Virus record (IMG/VR): IMGVR_UViG_3300037010_001239 | Location: 1-29,400 of that record | DNA: 29,400 nucleotides | DNA from: a virus | Taxonomy: Duplodnaviria > Caudoviricetes | Strand: one strand, 5' to 3' | Shown here: in pieces, positions 9,236-18,811 of the stretch | How positions within the stretch are numbered: the first letter of the stretch is position 1 | How the letters are laid out: the number at the start of each line of letters is the position of its first letter | Notes under the pieces: generated by a model | Databases searched by the model: none | What the model saw: the letters and a program-made list of their open reading frames with translations, nothing else | Told to the model about the DNA's origin: nothing | Program-made: the position numbers and the translations under genes

Positions 9236-10099
9236 TTATGTTCTTATCTCTACAATTTTTATATTACTTAATTGAATTAAACCACCTGTTGTTACTTCAT
9301 ACTTTAAATTATCCATATCAAAACGAGCAGCTATATCAAATTCACCCTCACATGTTAAAGTATCTGTTAATTGAGGATATTTAGCAACTTGACCTGTTGT
9401 TATAGAAGCTAAATTAGTTGCTAATATTGAAAATGTAGTTGTTGACAATATAGAATTTACAACACATACTGTTTTTTCCAATGTATTTCCAGTATTTAAT
9501 GAAGATAAATAAATAATTTCACCACCAATAAAAGAATGTGGTAATGTTGTTGTTACTTCTGGATTAATTCCAATAGTAATACTAGCAATATTATAAAGTA
9601 AATCAGGAACAAATGTAACTATTCCATTTGTATAGTCTATTGATATATTAGATGGTAAAATACCAATAGGAATTAATGTTGCATTTCTATATACTTTAAT
9701 TGTTCCAACAACTGGTTTTTTAATTGATTTTTTATCATACATTGTACCAGTTGTATATGTTTTATATAATTGGTAAGTTGGAAAACCAGTACCTATACCA
9801 CTATCTAATGTGCCATTTAATACTGTTATTTTATAATCTTGGAAATCTTTAAATCTAAAACCAAAAGCACGACCTTTCATTGACCTAAAAAAAGCAATGG
9901 TATCAGATATTGCATATTGAGAAGTTTGTGTCTGTAATCCTGATGTTATATCATAAGTTGCTCTTGATTGATTCCAGTTTTGATTACGTTGCTCAAAACC
10001 AGAATTTAACTGTATAACAGTAGTATTGTAGTCTGCACCACCAGAAGCCCAATAAGCCATCTCATCTGGAAATCTTGGTGACTCAATAAAAGTTGACAT
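9236..10099 (-). CDS. Distal tail protein (DUF2460-like)
   Basis: FIESPRFP, SGFEQRNQNW, AFFRSMKGRAFGFRFKD, GEFDIAARFD. Confidence 0.88.
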   Translation of the reverse strand: MSTFIESPRFPDEMAYWASGGADYNTTVIQLNSGFEQRNQNWNQSRATYDITSGLQTQTSQYAISDTIAFFRSMKGRAFGFRFKDFQDYKITVLNGTLDSGIGTGFPTYQLYKTYTTGTMYDKKSIKKPVVGTIKVYRNATLIPIGILPSNISIDYTNGIVTFVPDLLYNIASITIGINPEVTTTLPHSFIGGEIIYLSSLNTGNTLEKTVCVVNSILSTTTFSILATNLASITTGQVAKYPQLTDTLTCEGEFDIAARFDMDNLKYEVTTGGLIQLSNIKIVEIRT

Positions 10100-10122
10100 A
10101 TTTTTAATTCCTTATTTTTATT

Positions 10123-10151
10123 ATTATAACGATATTTAAAAAATAAATCAA
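10123..10151 (-). promoter_or_regulatory. Sigma70-type promoter restarting tail-tip transcription
   Basis: TTGATT-N17-TATAAT, back-to-back with the plus-strand promoter at 10169. Confidence 0.65.
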
Positions 10152-10160
10152 ATTTATTAA

Positions 10161-10225
10161 AATAATAGTTGACAATAATTTAAAGTAGTTTAATATATAT
10201 ATATAAACAACAAAGGAGAATTAAA
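10161..10225 (+). promoter_or_regulatory. Repeated plus-strand promoter/operator with RBS
   Basis: AATAATAGTTGACAATAATTTAAAGTAGTTTAATATAT then AAGGAG and ATG 10226. Confidence 0.8.
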
Positions 10226-10324
10226 ATGATTGCAATTACATTAATAATGGATGTTTTATTTATTTATTCAGTGATATATTTAAAGAGAGTTTTTGTAAGA
10301 GATAATAGTAAAGTTATATTTTGA
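10226..10324 (+). CDS. 32-aa hydrophobic peptide (not in ORF track)
   Basis: MIAITLIMDVLFIYSVIYLKRVFVRDNSKVIF, first ATG after the repeat promoter, strong AAGGAG RBS. Confidence 0.6.
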   Translation: MIAITLIMDVLFIYSVIYLKRVFVRDNSKVIF

Positions 10325-10602
10325 TTGATGAAAATTTTAAACAATTATTAATTAAAATAGAAAAACATAAATGGAATACTTCTACAATTAAAATAAGAGA
10401 GAACAATATGCAAAATATATTAGATAAAGAAATAAATAAAAAAGATATTGAAATTAAAAAAATAAATAGAGATATTAAAATTATAAATGATAAAATAAAT
10501 ATTTTTGAAGAATTTATTAAAAATAAAAAATTAGAAGATGAATTTCAACTATATTATTTAAATAAGTTAGCTGATAAAATTTTTAATAAAGTGAGTAAAT
10601 AA
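10321..10602 (+). CDS. Hypothetical coiled-coil protein
   Basis: TTG start overlaps the upstream TGA. Alternative ATG at 10408 after GAGAG. Confidence 0.55.
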   Translation: MIDENFKQLLIKIEKHKWNTSTIKIRENNMQNILDKEINKKDIEIKKINRDIKIINDKINIFEEFIKNKKLEDEFQLYYLNKLADKIFNKVSK

Positions 10603-10603
10603 C

Positions 10604-10765
10604 ATGAATAATAAACCAGATTCACATTACGATAATCAATTTAATATAGTAAAAAAAGAAAACAATAAAATTAATTATTTAATTAAAAATACTAACTATG
10701 AATTAAAGATATTATTAGTTTATATTTTTATGTTTGTAATAATATCTTTAATTACAGGAGTATAA
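10604..10765 (+). CDS. 53-aa protein with C-terminal transmembrane helix (not in ORF track)
   Basis: MNNKPDSHY...ILLVYIFMFVIISLITGV, starts 1 nt after the previous stop. Confidence 0.55.
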   Translation: MNNKPDSHYDNQFNIVKKENNKINYLIKNTNYELKILLVYIFMFVIISLITGV

Positions 10766-10767
10766 CA

Positions 10768-10836
10768 ATGAGAATATTATTAGTAAATACTATTACTGCA
10801 TTAATTCTAATTTATGTTATCCATTTCTTTTCATAG
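10768..10836 (+). CDS. 22-aa hydrophobic peptide (not in ORF track)
   Basis: AGGAG at 10756-10760 then MRILLVNTITALILIYVIHFFS. Overlaps the tape measure 3' end convergently. Confidence 0.4.
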   Translation: MRILLVNTITALILIYVIHFFS

Positions 10837-13800
10837 CTCTTTGTAATTCAGCTCCTGCCATTGTGGCCATTTGTGATTGAGTTCTTAAATCAGGAGCTTG
10901 ATTCATTATAAAATTAATGCTAGAATGAACACTTCCTGATTGTTGATATTTTGGATTATTATATTTAGCAGGTACAATAGCTTCACCTTTATGTATTTTT
11001 GCTATTTGGTCATTAGGTACATAATTAGTACCAACATCAAATGATGCTAAGCTACCAATCCATGATGCTGCACTACTAACCATACTACCCATACCTCCAC
11101 CTGAACCACCACCAGAGCTACTAAACATTGAACCTAATGAGCTAAATATAGAACTAAATGAGTCACCCAATCCACTAAAAAACTTACTAAACATACTACT
11201 TATAGAATCAAACATTGGAGATAATTTTGATATAATAGAAGTAGATAAATCAGCACCACCAGTTGCAGGTGTATCTGTACTTGATTTGCTTGATTTACCA
11301 TTAATTAAATCACTAAAAAACCCACCAATTCCAGCACCAGAACCAGTTTTACCATCAACAGTTCCAAATAATCTTTCTGCTAGCTTTTGAGCAACCATTT
11401 TATTAAGCATTGCTGTAACACTACTAATCATTTCTTTAATACTATCTTTAAATGATTTTTTACCAGATTCTAAATCTTCAATAATAGTAGCAAAACTATT
11501 TTTAAATCCATCAGTAATTGTTTGTGCATCTTTGTTTGCTTCAACAGCTATACTATTATAAATCTCACCCATCTTTACAGCATGTTCTCTTGATGCAGCT
11601 AAAATCTCATCATTTATTTTTAATTCTTCTTTTTCATTACCTTTTTCTAATGCAAGTTTACTATTTAAAGTATCTTTTAAAGCAGTATATTTTGCTTCTT
11701 CTGTCTTTAAATCCATTTGTAAAGATTCTTCATTACTTATTTTATGTAATGATAATAACCTTTCTTGATTTAATTTTTCTAATGAATATTTTAAATCTAA
11801 ATCAGCTTGTTTGTTTTTTGCTTGTGATAATGCAATATTATCACTACGAGCATCTTTTTCATTTTCTAATGCTCTTGTATTAGCTTTAATTGCATCAGTT
11901 TCTTGTAATTTAAGTAAATTAATTTGACCCTGTAAAGTAGCAACCTCAGCCATGTTTTTTGTTTTTTCAGCAGTAGTATCATATTTTTTACTTTGAGCAA
12001 AAGCTTTTTCTTTCTCTTTAATTTTAATTTGAGCTTCAAAATCTGCTGTTGTAATTTTTGCTTTTTCAGCATAATACTCTTCTAATGTTATTTTATTATG
12101 TTTAAATAAGTCATCATTTACTTCCTGTTCTTGTTTAGCATTTTCTCTTTGTAAAGATAAATCACTCTCCATTTGAGCTTTTTGTAAAGCAAAATCAGCA
12201 TCTGCTTGTGGTGATACTTTACCAGCTTTACCAGTTGTTTTATTTGGATGTTTAGGAATTATTAAATCAGAAGAAGATTTCTTCTTTTTATAATCATCAG
12301 TTTTTTTTATTAATTCATCAATTGCTTTTTTATAATCAGCGTTTACTTTTTCACCTGCTTTTTTTATATCATCAGCACCCTCTAATGCTGCCTCTTTTGT
12401 TTTTGTCCATTGTTCTAATGGTTTTCCTGATGCAGCTAAATTAATACCTCTTTGTTTTGCTTCTTCGTTTGCTTGTGCTCTATCCTCTAAACTTTTACCT
12501 AATGAATTTTTACCAAAAACCTGAACTGTACTAGCTAATGCTTTATCACTTACAGCTGCAACTTTATTAGTTAATGCAATTGTTCCACCAATAACAACTT
12601 TTAATGCATTAACAATATCATCAACTATATCTCTAATAGCAGAAAAAACAATTTTTAGTGCAGCAACAAAACCAGTAAAAATTTGCATTGCTGTACCCAT
12701 TTTACTTATTTTGTCTTTTCCTTGGTCTATTCCACCATTTACATCATTTAATATAGCATGTGCTAGATCAAGTACTATTACAATAATATCGCCAATTAAG
12801 CCAAAAACCTGACCTAAAAATCCTTTTGTTTCATTCCATAATGCAATCATACCATTTATAAAAGATTGGTCGCTATCTAGGTATTCTCCCATTTTTATAA
12901 CCCAAGAGATAACAGATTTTACACCATTAACTATCTCATCTCCTAATAATTTACCAATAGTATTTAATAATGCTACAATAGGTCTAAATGAGTCAGTAAA
13001 TTCACCAGTATCGATATTATATACAGATTTTAATAATTCCTTTAATTTTAATAGTGATCCATTTAGACCGTTTGATATTTCATACTCGAACATTTGAAAA
13101 ACGTCATGTAAGGCATTAAACATACCTGCTAGCCCGTTTGCTTGTGCTTCACCAGATAAAGCAAATGCTTTAAATTGTTTCTCTAAAAATTCATAAGCTT
13201 TACCAGTTTTTATTGCAGTTAAATATTCTTCATGTAAAGCACTACCATGACCTAAACCTAATGCACTTGATAATGTATTTGCTCTACCAATCAATACATC
13301 TTTATAATCTCGCATTAATTGATCTTGACCCATTCCCAAAGATTTACCAACAACAGATGCATATCCAGCCATTGTCCTTGCTTGATCTAAATTCATACCA
13401 GCACCAGCAGATGGAGCAATTGCCATTTTAAATGTTTCTGCTAATTCTTTTGTTGTTAAACCTAATCTTATAGCATCTCTTTGTAATTTTTTAACTTGTT
13501 CGCTTGATATTTCAACAGATTTATTAAAAGCATCTTGTCCCTCTAATATTTTACCATTAGCATCTTTTATTGTATACATATCAGATACAAGACCAGCTAT
13601 ACCATTTTTAGTGGTATCTATATCCATTCTTAACTCTAATGAATTTTTAAATAATTCAAATATACCCTCTCCTATTTTTTCTATTGCTTTTAATCCAACT
13701 TCTAATGCAACTAATTCTAATGCTGCATCTTTAATGGCGTGTTTCATTCCACTAAAAGAATCATGACTTACAGTGCTAATTGCTCTTGTATGAGAACTTA

Positions 13801-14020
13801 CAGCAGATAGATGTGATGTCATACCTGATAATGAGCTTGATACACTACTTGCACCAGAAGAAGTTGTAGTTGATAATCTCGCTATATCTGCTCTCATACT
13901 ATCAATAGCAGTTTTAAATGATACTGATACTTGTGCAGATATATTAGCAATTTTTTTAATTTCTGCTATTGCTTGACTTGCATCAGCTATAATACTAATT
14001 TTTATATCTTCGTTTGACAT
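10817..14020 (-). CDS. Tail tape measure protein
   Basis: 1067 aa, helical Ala/Lys-rich, C-terminal SFDVGTNYVPNDQIAKIHKGEAIVP. Lies between chaperone and tail tip genes. Confidence 0.9.
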   Translation of the reverse strand: MSNEDIKISIIADASQAIAEIKKIANISAQVSVSFKTAIDSMRADIARLSTTTSSGASSVSSSLSGMTSHLSAVSSHTRAISTVSHDSFSGMKHAIKDAALELVALEVGLKAIEKIGEGIFELFKNSLELRMDIDTTKNGIAGLVSDMYTIKDANGKILEGQDAFNKSVEISSEQVKKLQRDAIRLGLTTKELAETFKMAIAPSAGAGMNLDQARTMAGYASVVGKSLGMGQDQLMRDYKDVLIGRANTLSSALGLGHGSALHEEYLTAIKTGKAYEFLEKQFKAFALSGEAQANGLAGMFNALHDVFQMFEYEISNGLNGSLLKLKELLKSVYNIDTGEFTDSFRPIVALLNTIGKLLGDEIVNGVKSVISWVIKMGEYLDSDQSFINGMIALWNETKGFLGQVFGLIGDIIVIVLDLAHAILNDVNGGIDQGKDKISKMGTAMQIFTGFVAALKIVFSAIRDIVDDIVNALKVVIGGTIALTNKVAAVSDKALASTVQVFGKNSLGKSLEDRAQANEEAKQRGINLAASGKPLEQWTKTKEAALEGADDIKKAGEKVNADYKKAIDELIKKTDDYKKKKSSSDLIIPKHPNKTTGKAGKVSPQADADFALQKAQMESDLSLQRENAKQEQEVNDDLFKHNKITLEEYYAEKAKITTADFEAQIKIKEKEKAFAQSKKYDTTAEKTKNMAEVATLQGQINLLKLQETDAIKANTRALENEKDARSDNIALSQAKNKQADLDLKYSLEKLNQERLLSLHKISNEESLQMDLKTEEAKYTALKDTLNSKLALEKGNEKEELKINDEILAASREHAVKMGEIYNSIAVEANKDAQTITDGFKNSFATIIEDLESGKKSFKDSIKEMISSVTAMLNKMVAQKLAERLFGTVDGKTGSGAGIGGFFSDLINGKSSKSSTDTPATGGADLSTSIISKLSPMFDSISSMFSKFFSGLGDSFSSIFSSLGSMFSSSGGGSGGGMGSMVSSAASWIGSLASFDVGTNYVPNDQIAKIHKGEAIVPAKYNNPKYQQSGSVHSSINFIMNQAPDLRTQSQMATMAGAELQRAMKRNG

Positions 14021-14609
14021 TATATCATTCTTACCTTTATTTTTTTATTTTTATTTACATCATGAGGTATATCTTTTAATAATTCGTGAATGCTTTCTTG
14101 TGTATTTTCTATTTTTTTCTTCTTTTTATTTTCAAATCCCATAAATCCTTTAACTAAAAGATGTAAAGGTGGATTATCAGCAAAATATTCATTCATAGAG
14201 ATAAGACGGGGTATATCCATACATTCCTCAATATACTCCCATGTCCATCCAGTGCAAACGATTAAATGAGAGTATATTTCACCCCAATTTATTTTTTTGC
14301 TTCTGCTGTACCAACCTCATCTTTATTAACATTTGTCATTCCAGAAGTTGACATAATATTTACAAAAATTGTTTGAATATTTGATACATCAATTAAATCA
14401 GCAACATCATCTCTTGTTATATCTGGATAATTTCTTTTTAATGAAGCATGAGCTATATCAATAATTGCTGATATTTGGTTTGTTTGAGAATCGCTAGAAG
14501 TTACAGCATCAATTTTATCTTGTAATCTTTCAACAGCACCTAATGATAATGATGGGAATACATAACGAGTACCACCTAATTCAATTTCAAAACCTTTATA
14601 TTTTGTCAT
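14020..14609 (-). CDS. Tail assembly chaperone, -1 frameshifted long form (gpGT-like, 196 aa)
   Basis: GCA AAA AAA TAA slippery site at 14298-14292. The -1 frame reads INWGEIYSHLIVCTGWTWEYIEEC straight into ORF 14020..14220. Confidence 0.85.
14289..14609 (-). CDS. Tail assembly chaperone, short form (gpG-like)
   Basis: 106 aa between tail tube and tape measure genes. AAGGA RBS; TTGATT-N16-TATAAT at 14672-14645. Confidence 0.85.
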   Translation of the reverse strand: MTKYKGFEIELGGTRYVFPSLSLGAVERLQDKIDAVTSSDSQTNQISAIIDIAHASLKRNYPDITRDDVADLIDVSNIQTIFVNIMSTSGMTNVNKDEVGTAEAKK

Positions 14610-14670
14610 TTCTTTTTTTCCTTGTAAAGTAAAGTTTATAATATATTATAAAGCATTAATAATAAAAATC

Positions 14671-14706
14671 AAATAAAAAGACATAATAATTTATGTCTTT
14701 TTATTT
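14671..14706. terminator. Intrinsic terminator after the tail tube gene
   Basis: Perfect 16-bp inverted repeat AAATAAAAAGACATAA-TAAT-TTATGTCTTTTTATTT. Confidence 0.75.
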
Positions 14707-14727
14707 TTTACTTATTTATTTTAATTA

Positions 14728-15498
14728 TTATTCAGTTGTAGCCCATGACATAACATTACCAGCTGAATCAGCGAAAGCACTAAAATCTAATTCAGGCATC
14801 ATAAAGTCATCTAATTTTGTTGATATTGATAATTTATTTGATATACATTTGTTTAATGTAAGAACCAAAGATTTACCATCATAAGGCATATATAATTCAG
14901 TTGAAAATGATGGAGAATAACCCATTGGTATATTTTTTACAGTATTTTTAACAGCAGTTGTAGAAGTAGCTGTATAAGAATAGTTAATATAAACAACTAA
15001 TAATGTATCAGCAGCAGCAAAAGTATAAATACCAGCATTAGATACTGAATATTGACCAGTTGTTGGAGCAGATGCAACTTTTGTTAAAGGTAAACCGGTC
15101 GCTTGATATACAACACCTAAATCTGTTTGAAAAGTTCCAGATGATGGTGGTGTTACAGTAATTTGGTATGGAGTTGCAGGAATAGCAGCACCAACAGTAT
15201 CATAAACAACTGAATTTATACCACTTGTTTGACCTTGACCAAAAAACAAACTATTAAATATAGCACCTTTAATAGTTCCCATAGATGCTTTACAATCAAT
15301 TTTTCCCTTACCACGACCGACATATTTAGCAAATTGACTATCAGATCCATGTAATTCTTTTGTTTCAAAAGATATATCTACTGATACATTTTGCAATATA
15401 CCAATCATAATAGGTGTTGCATTAGCTACTGCTGCACCTGTTGAATCTTGTAATTGTGTTCCCCACATTATTCCTGCTCCAAAGACTGCTTGACTCAT
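14728..15498 (-). CDS. Major tail tube protein
   Basis: FGAGIMWG, LQNVSVDISFETKELHG, beta-rich. Sits between tail terminator and chaperone, followed by a terminator. Confidence 0.8.
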   Translation of the reverse strand: MSQAVFGAGIMWGTQLQDSTGAAVANATPIMIGILQNVSVDISFETKELHGSDSQFAKYVGRGKGKIDCKASMGTIKGAIFNSLFFGQGQTSGINSVVYDTVGAAIPATPYQITVTPPSSGTFQTDLGVVYQATGLPLTKVASAPTTGQYSVSNAGIYTFAAADTLLVVYINYSYTATSTTAVKNTVKNIPMGYSPSFSTELYMPYDGKSLVLTLNKCISNKLSISTKLDDFMMPELDFSAFADSAGNVMSWATTE

Positions 15499-15534
15499 AA
15501 TTTTATTCCTTTTTAAAGTTAGTTTTTGTTAATT

Positions 15535-15963
15535 TTATGCTACTGTTATTTCTAATGGTATTATTGCTATTGCTATTGGACCTAATGCACCACCATCATT
15601 CTCTACTGTACCGTTTACTTTTACTGTATGAACTAATCCACCTAATGTTTGTTTTCCTTGCTGTAAATTTTTTGAATCAAATAAATGTATAATATTATCT
15701 ACAATAGGATTTAAAATACTATAAGGTACAACATTTGGATCACTTCCAGCATTTATATATACATAAACTTCTGCATGTAAAGTCCATATATTAGGCATAC
15801 CAGTTTTTACAGTAGATGTTTCTTTTCCTTGCATTAAGAACATAGCTGGCATATTACCATTACCCATGTCATCCCAATGCCTTAATCTTCTTGATGTATA
15901 ATTCAAATTAGGTACTGTTTTCAATAATGTAAATAAAGTACTATATATTAATTCTCTATTCAT
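15535..15963 (-). CDS. Putative tail terminator
   Basis: 142 aa, MNRELIY..SRRLRHWDD..PAMF..QTLGGLV. Immediately upstream of the tail tube gene. Confidence 0.7.
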   Translation of the reverse strand: MNRELIYSTLFTLLKTVPNLNYTSRRLRHWDDMGNGNMPAMFLMQGKETSTVKTGMPNIWTLHAEVYVYINAGSDPNVVPYSILNPIVDNIIHLFDSKNLQQGKQTLGGLVHTVKVNGTVENDGGALGPIAIAIIPLEITVA

Positions 15964-16436
15964 AAATCTACCTTTACAACTGCACCTTTTATTTTATTTA
16001 AAATCTCACTCTTCATATCAGCTAAAGAGCTACGCATAAAACTTCTTTCTGGCATATTTACTCTTCTTATATGAGATTTTACATCTACTGTTTTTGGAGT
16101 TATACTTTTTCCAAAAGCTTGGCTTATTTTTCTTGTAAAACCATTTACATTAACTGAACCTTTAGAACCATATTCATGTATTCTTGCATAAACAACATTT
16201 GTACTTACTATTCCTATAACTTGATTAGAATTTGAAGAAACATTATATTTTATACTATTTCTTAATCTACCAGTTCTTACATTTAGTACTGTTCCTGTTA
16301 GTTTATCAGTTCTTATGTGATTTGTCAACTTTATTGATAGTTTTGTAATTTCTTCTGTTAATGCTTTTCTTATATTAACTTCATAATTATTTATTTTATT
16401 TTGTAAAACACTATCATCAAATCTAACATATATCAT
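15960..16436 (-). CDS. Neck/tail completion protein (HK97 gp10-like)
   Basis: RTGRLRNSI, TNVVYARIHEYG, MPERSFMR motifs. Confidence 0.8.
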   Translation of the reverse strand: MIYVRFDDSVLQNKINNYEVNIRKALTEEITKLSIKLTNHIRTDKLTGTVLNVRTGRLRNSIKYNVSSNSNQVIGIVSTNVVYARIHEYGSKGSVNVNGFTRKISQAFGKSITPKTVDVKSHIRRVNMPERSFMRSSLADMKSEILNKIKGAVVKVDL

Positions 16437-16448
16437 AATAATATCCTT

Positions 16449-16997
16449 TTAAAAAGATATAACTTTTTTATAATTTTTTAATGTTACCTTTATAAATGCA
16501 GGTATATCAGAAGTTATAAAAGCAACAGTTTCACCAGCAACAACTTTACTTGATTGTTCTATATGTTCTATTTGTTTATATTTTGTTGCTATTAATTCTA
16601 AACATGCTTGCTCTATTTCAGGAGGAATTATTGAATAACCCGCTTGATAAGTTATTACACAATTTAAACGACCTCTTGCAAAAACATATCCCTGTAATGC
16701 TATTTGCTCATCATCATTAATATAACCAGCCGTATTTGTGTTTTGAGATAATGGTATAGATAAATCATTTACAACAACACTAGTAATTGAAGTTATAGGA
16801 TAATCTCCACAAATATGAAACTGATTTCCTGTACCACTAAATTTTTCAGTATATGTCTGAATTGATAATTCTTTATTTAACCATGTTTGTATAAATTCAC
16901 TACATGCAGTAACTAAACGAGTAATAAGAGCATCATCAGTTGTTCCAGTTATTCTTAAAAATTGTTTAGCATTTGATAATGTAGTTAAATCAGCCAT
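16449..16997 (-). CDS. Head-tail adaptor (gp6-like)
   Basis: LTTLSNAKQFLRI..DDALITRL, ITYQAGY..IPPEIEQACL. Confidence 0.85.
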   Translation of the reverse strand: MADLTTLSNAKQFLRITGTTDDALITRLVTACSEFIQTWLNKELSIQTYTEKFSGTGNQFHICGDYPITSITSVVVNDLSIPLSQNTNTAGYINDDEQIALQGYVFARGRLNCVITYQAGYSIIPPEIEQACLELIATKYKQIEHIEQSSKVVAGETVAFITSDIPAFIKVTLKNYKKVISF

Positions 16998-17164
16998 TAT
17001 TTTTTACCTTTTACTTTTTCTACAAATACTTCAAAACCATGTGTTAAAGCAGTTTCTAAATGTACTAATTCTACTTCAATACAATTTTCTTCATTAACTA
17101 TATATTCTTTTCCTGCTATAACTATTTTTAATAAGCTATCGCTTAATGCTTTTAATTTTATCAT
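16997..17164 (-). CDS. 55-aa hypothetical protein after the capsid gene (not in ORF track)
   Basis: MIKLKALSDSLLKIVIAGKEY...KVKGKK. AAGGA RBS, TAATG coupling to the adaptor gene, TTGCTT-N16-TATAAT at 17210-17183. Confidence 0.7.
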   Translation of the reverse strand: MIKLKALSDSLLKIVIAGKEYIVNEENCIEVELVHLETALTHGFEVFVEKVKGKK

Positions 17165-17219
17165 ATAAAATCCTTTTTAATTATTATACATTATTTATAT
17201 AAAAAAGCAAGTATAAAAT

Positions 17220-17248
17220 AAAAAACCCTTTTTTAAGAGGGCTTTTAT
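17220..17248 (-). terminator. Intrinsic terminator after the major capsid gene
   Basis: Minus strand GCCCT-CTTAAAAA-AGGGT followed by a T run. Confidence 0.6.
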
Positions 17249-17260
17249 TTTTAATTACTA

Positions 17261-18781
17261 TTAAGCAGCAATATTATAAATCAAACCAAAAGCTGGTGGG
17301 AAGTAATTTTTTAATACGCCATCAAAATAAACACCATACTCATATTTACGAGTTCTTAATGGCCATTCCATTTGATAGTAATCACGTCTTAATGATTTTT
17401 CTAAAAGAACACCAGTATTACTTAATGGATAAGGTACTGATTGACTATAAAACATAATAGTACCAGGAGCAGCATTTGGATGAACTTCAATTTTAATCAA
17501 ATCACCAGTTATTTTATTTAAATATGATCTAACACTTGTCCCTGCTTGTAAAGAGCTAGAACCATTGAAATCACCAGCAAATCTAACTAATGGAGCACCA
17601 TTGTTTGCAATAACTAATTTTGTAATTAATGTTAATACAGAAGCACTTACATAAATTGTATCTGGACTTAAACGATAATTTTGATAGAAAGAAATTAATG
17701 CATCTTCAATTTCTTGAACTCCACCAGCACCATCACTTGTTAAAGTTGTACCAACACCTGCTGTACCTGTTGCTAATGCTTTAACATAAGAACCTGAACC
17801 AGGTTTTAATATTTGAGTCATTATACCGTCATAAACAGTTGAGTCAATTGAGTTATCATTAGTAAATAAAGAAGCATTAACAGTTGAAGCTGATACATTA
17901 TTAATTGTAACAGAGTTAATTGAAGTAACAGCCGTTAAAACTTCTGAACCAGCAACACCGAAGAACCAAGCATAACCAATTGCACCAGCAACAGCTGTAA
18001 CACTTGCTGTAACAGAGTTTGTAGAAGTAGCACCAGTTGTAATTGAAGTAGCTACCGATTTTCTAGCAACACCACCTGCTTTTGTATAAGAAGTACCAGA
18101 ACCTTGGTCTACCACTGTATAAGTTGGTACCAAAGTAGCACTTGCTTGAATAAATGATTGATTAACAGTACCGTTATTTAATCCAGCAACTTGTTCATAA
18201 CCTTTTTTAGATAAAGCAACGCAGATTACATTATAAGTAATAGCAGTAGGTAAAAGTCCACCAGTAGTAGAAGTAGCAACAGTTGGAGTAGGAGTTGTTC
18301 CTAATGCCAAAGTAGCATTACCAGCCAAGTCTAATTGTTCTTCTTGAATCATGGTAGCTTGTAAAAGATTTTTAACAGCAAGAGCTTTAACATCATCAAA
18401 TCCTTTTGCAGCGAAATCAGCTTCAAATGTTACTGAGTTTTCTAATCCCATAAAGGCAAATTTAGCTAAATAATCAGCAGTTGTTTGAGCCATAACAGCA
18501 CCACGAGCACCTTCAGCAACACCGATACCCATACCATTTGTATTAATACCTGTTATTGCTCTCCAGTTTGCTTGGATACCCATTCCACCAACATTACGAC
18601 TAATACGATTACGTAAAGGAGTCATAACTGGAAATAATAATTTTGCTCCAATTTCTAAATCGTAGTATGTAATACCAGAAATAGCAGATCCTGATTGTGT
18701 AAATGATTTAGACAATTCATCAGCAATTGGATTACTTTGAGCTGTTTTTAATGCATCAAGAGTTTTTTGTGTTTCATTCAT
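17261..18781 (-). CDS. Major capsid protein
   Basis: 506 aa directly after the protease, strong RBS, followed by a terminator. TPLRNRISR near the N-terminus; Thr/Ala/Gly-rich central insertion. Confidence 0.8.
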   Translation of the reverse strand: MNETQKTLDALKTAQSNPIADELSKSFTQSGSAISGITYYDLEIGAKLLFPVMTPLRNRISRNVGGMGIQANWRAITGINTNGMGIGVAEGARGAVMAQTTADYLAKFAFMGLENSVTFEADFAAKGFDDVKALAVKNLLQATMIQEEQLDLAGNATLALGTTPTPTVATSTTGGLLPTAITYNVICVALSKKGYEQVAGLNNGTVNQSFIQASATLVPTYTVVDQGSGTSYTKAGGVARKSVATSITTGATSTNSVTASVTAVAGAIGYAWFFGVAGSEVLTAVTSINSVTINNVSASTVNASLFTNDNSIDSTVYDGIMTQILKPGSGSYVKALATGTAGVGTTLTSDGAGGVQEIEDALISFYQNYRLSPDTIYVSASVLTLITKLVIANNGAPLVRFAGDFNGSSSLQAGTSVRSYLNKITGDLIKIEVHPNAAPGTIMFYSQSVPYPLSNTGVLLEKSLRRDYYQMEWPLRTRKYEYGVYFDGVLKNYFPPAFGLIYNIAA

Positions 18782-18811
18782 TTTTTATTTCCTTTTTATA
18801 AAATTAAATTT

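Noticed and set aside
4252-10099. Gene transfer agent interpretation of the GTA-like tail genes
   Set aside because: Helicase, tRNA, methyltransferases, lysis genes and accessory cassettes indicate an autonomous phage, and this tail module is shared by many phages.
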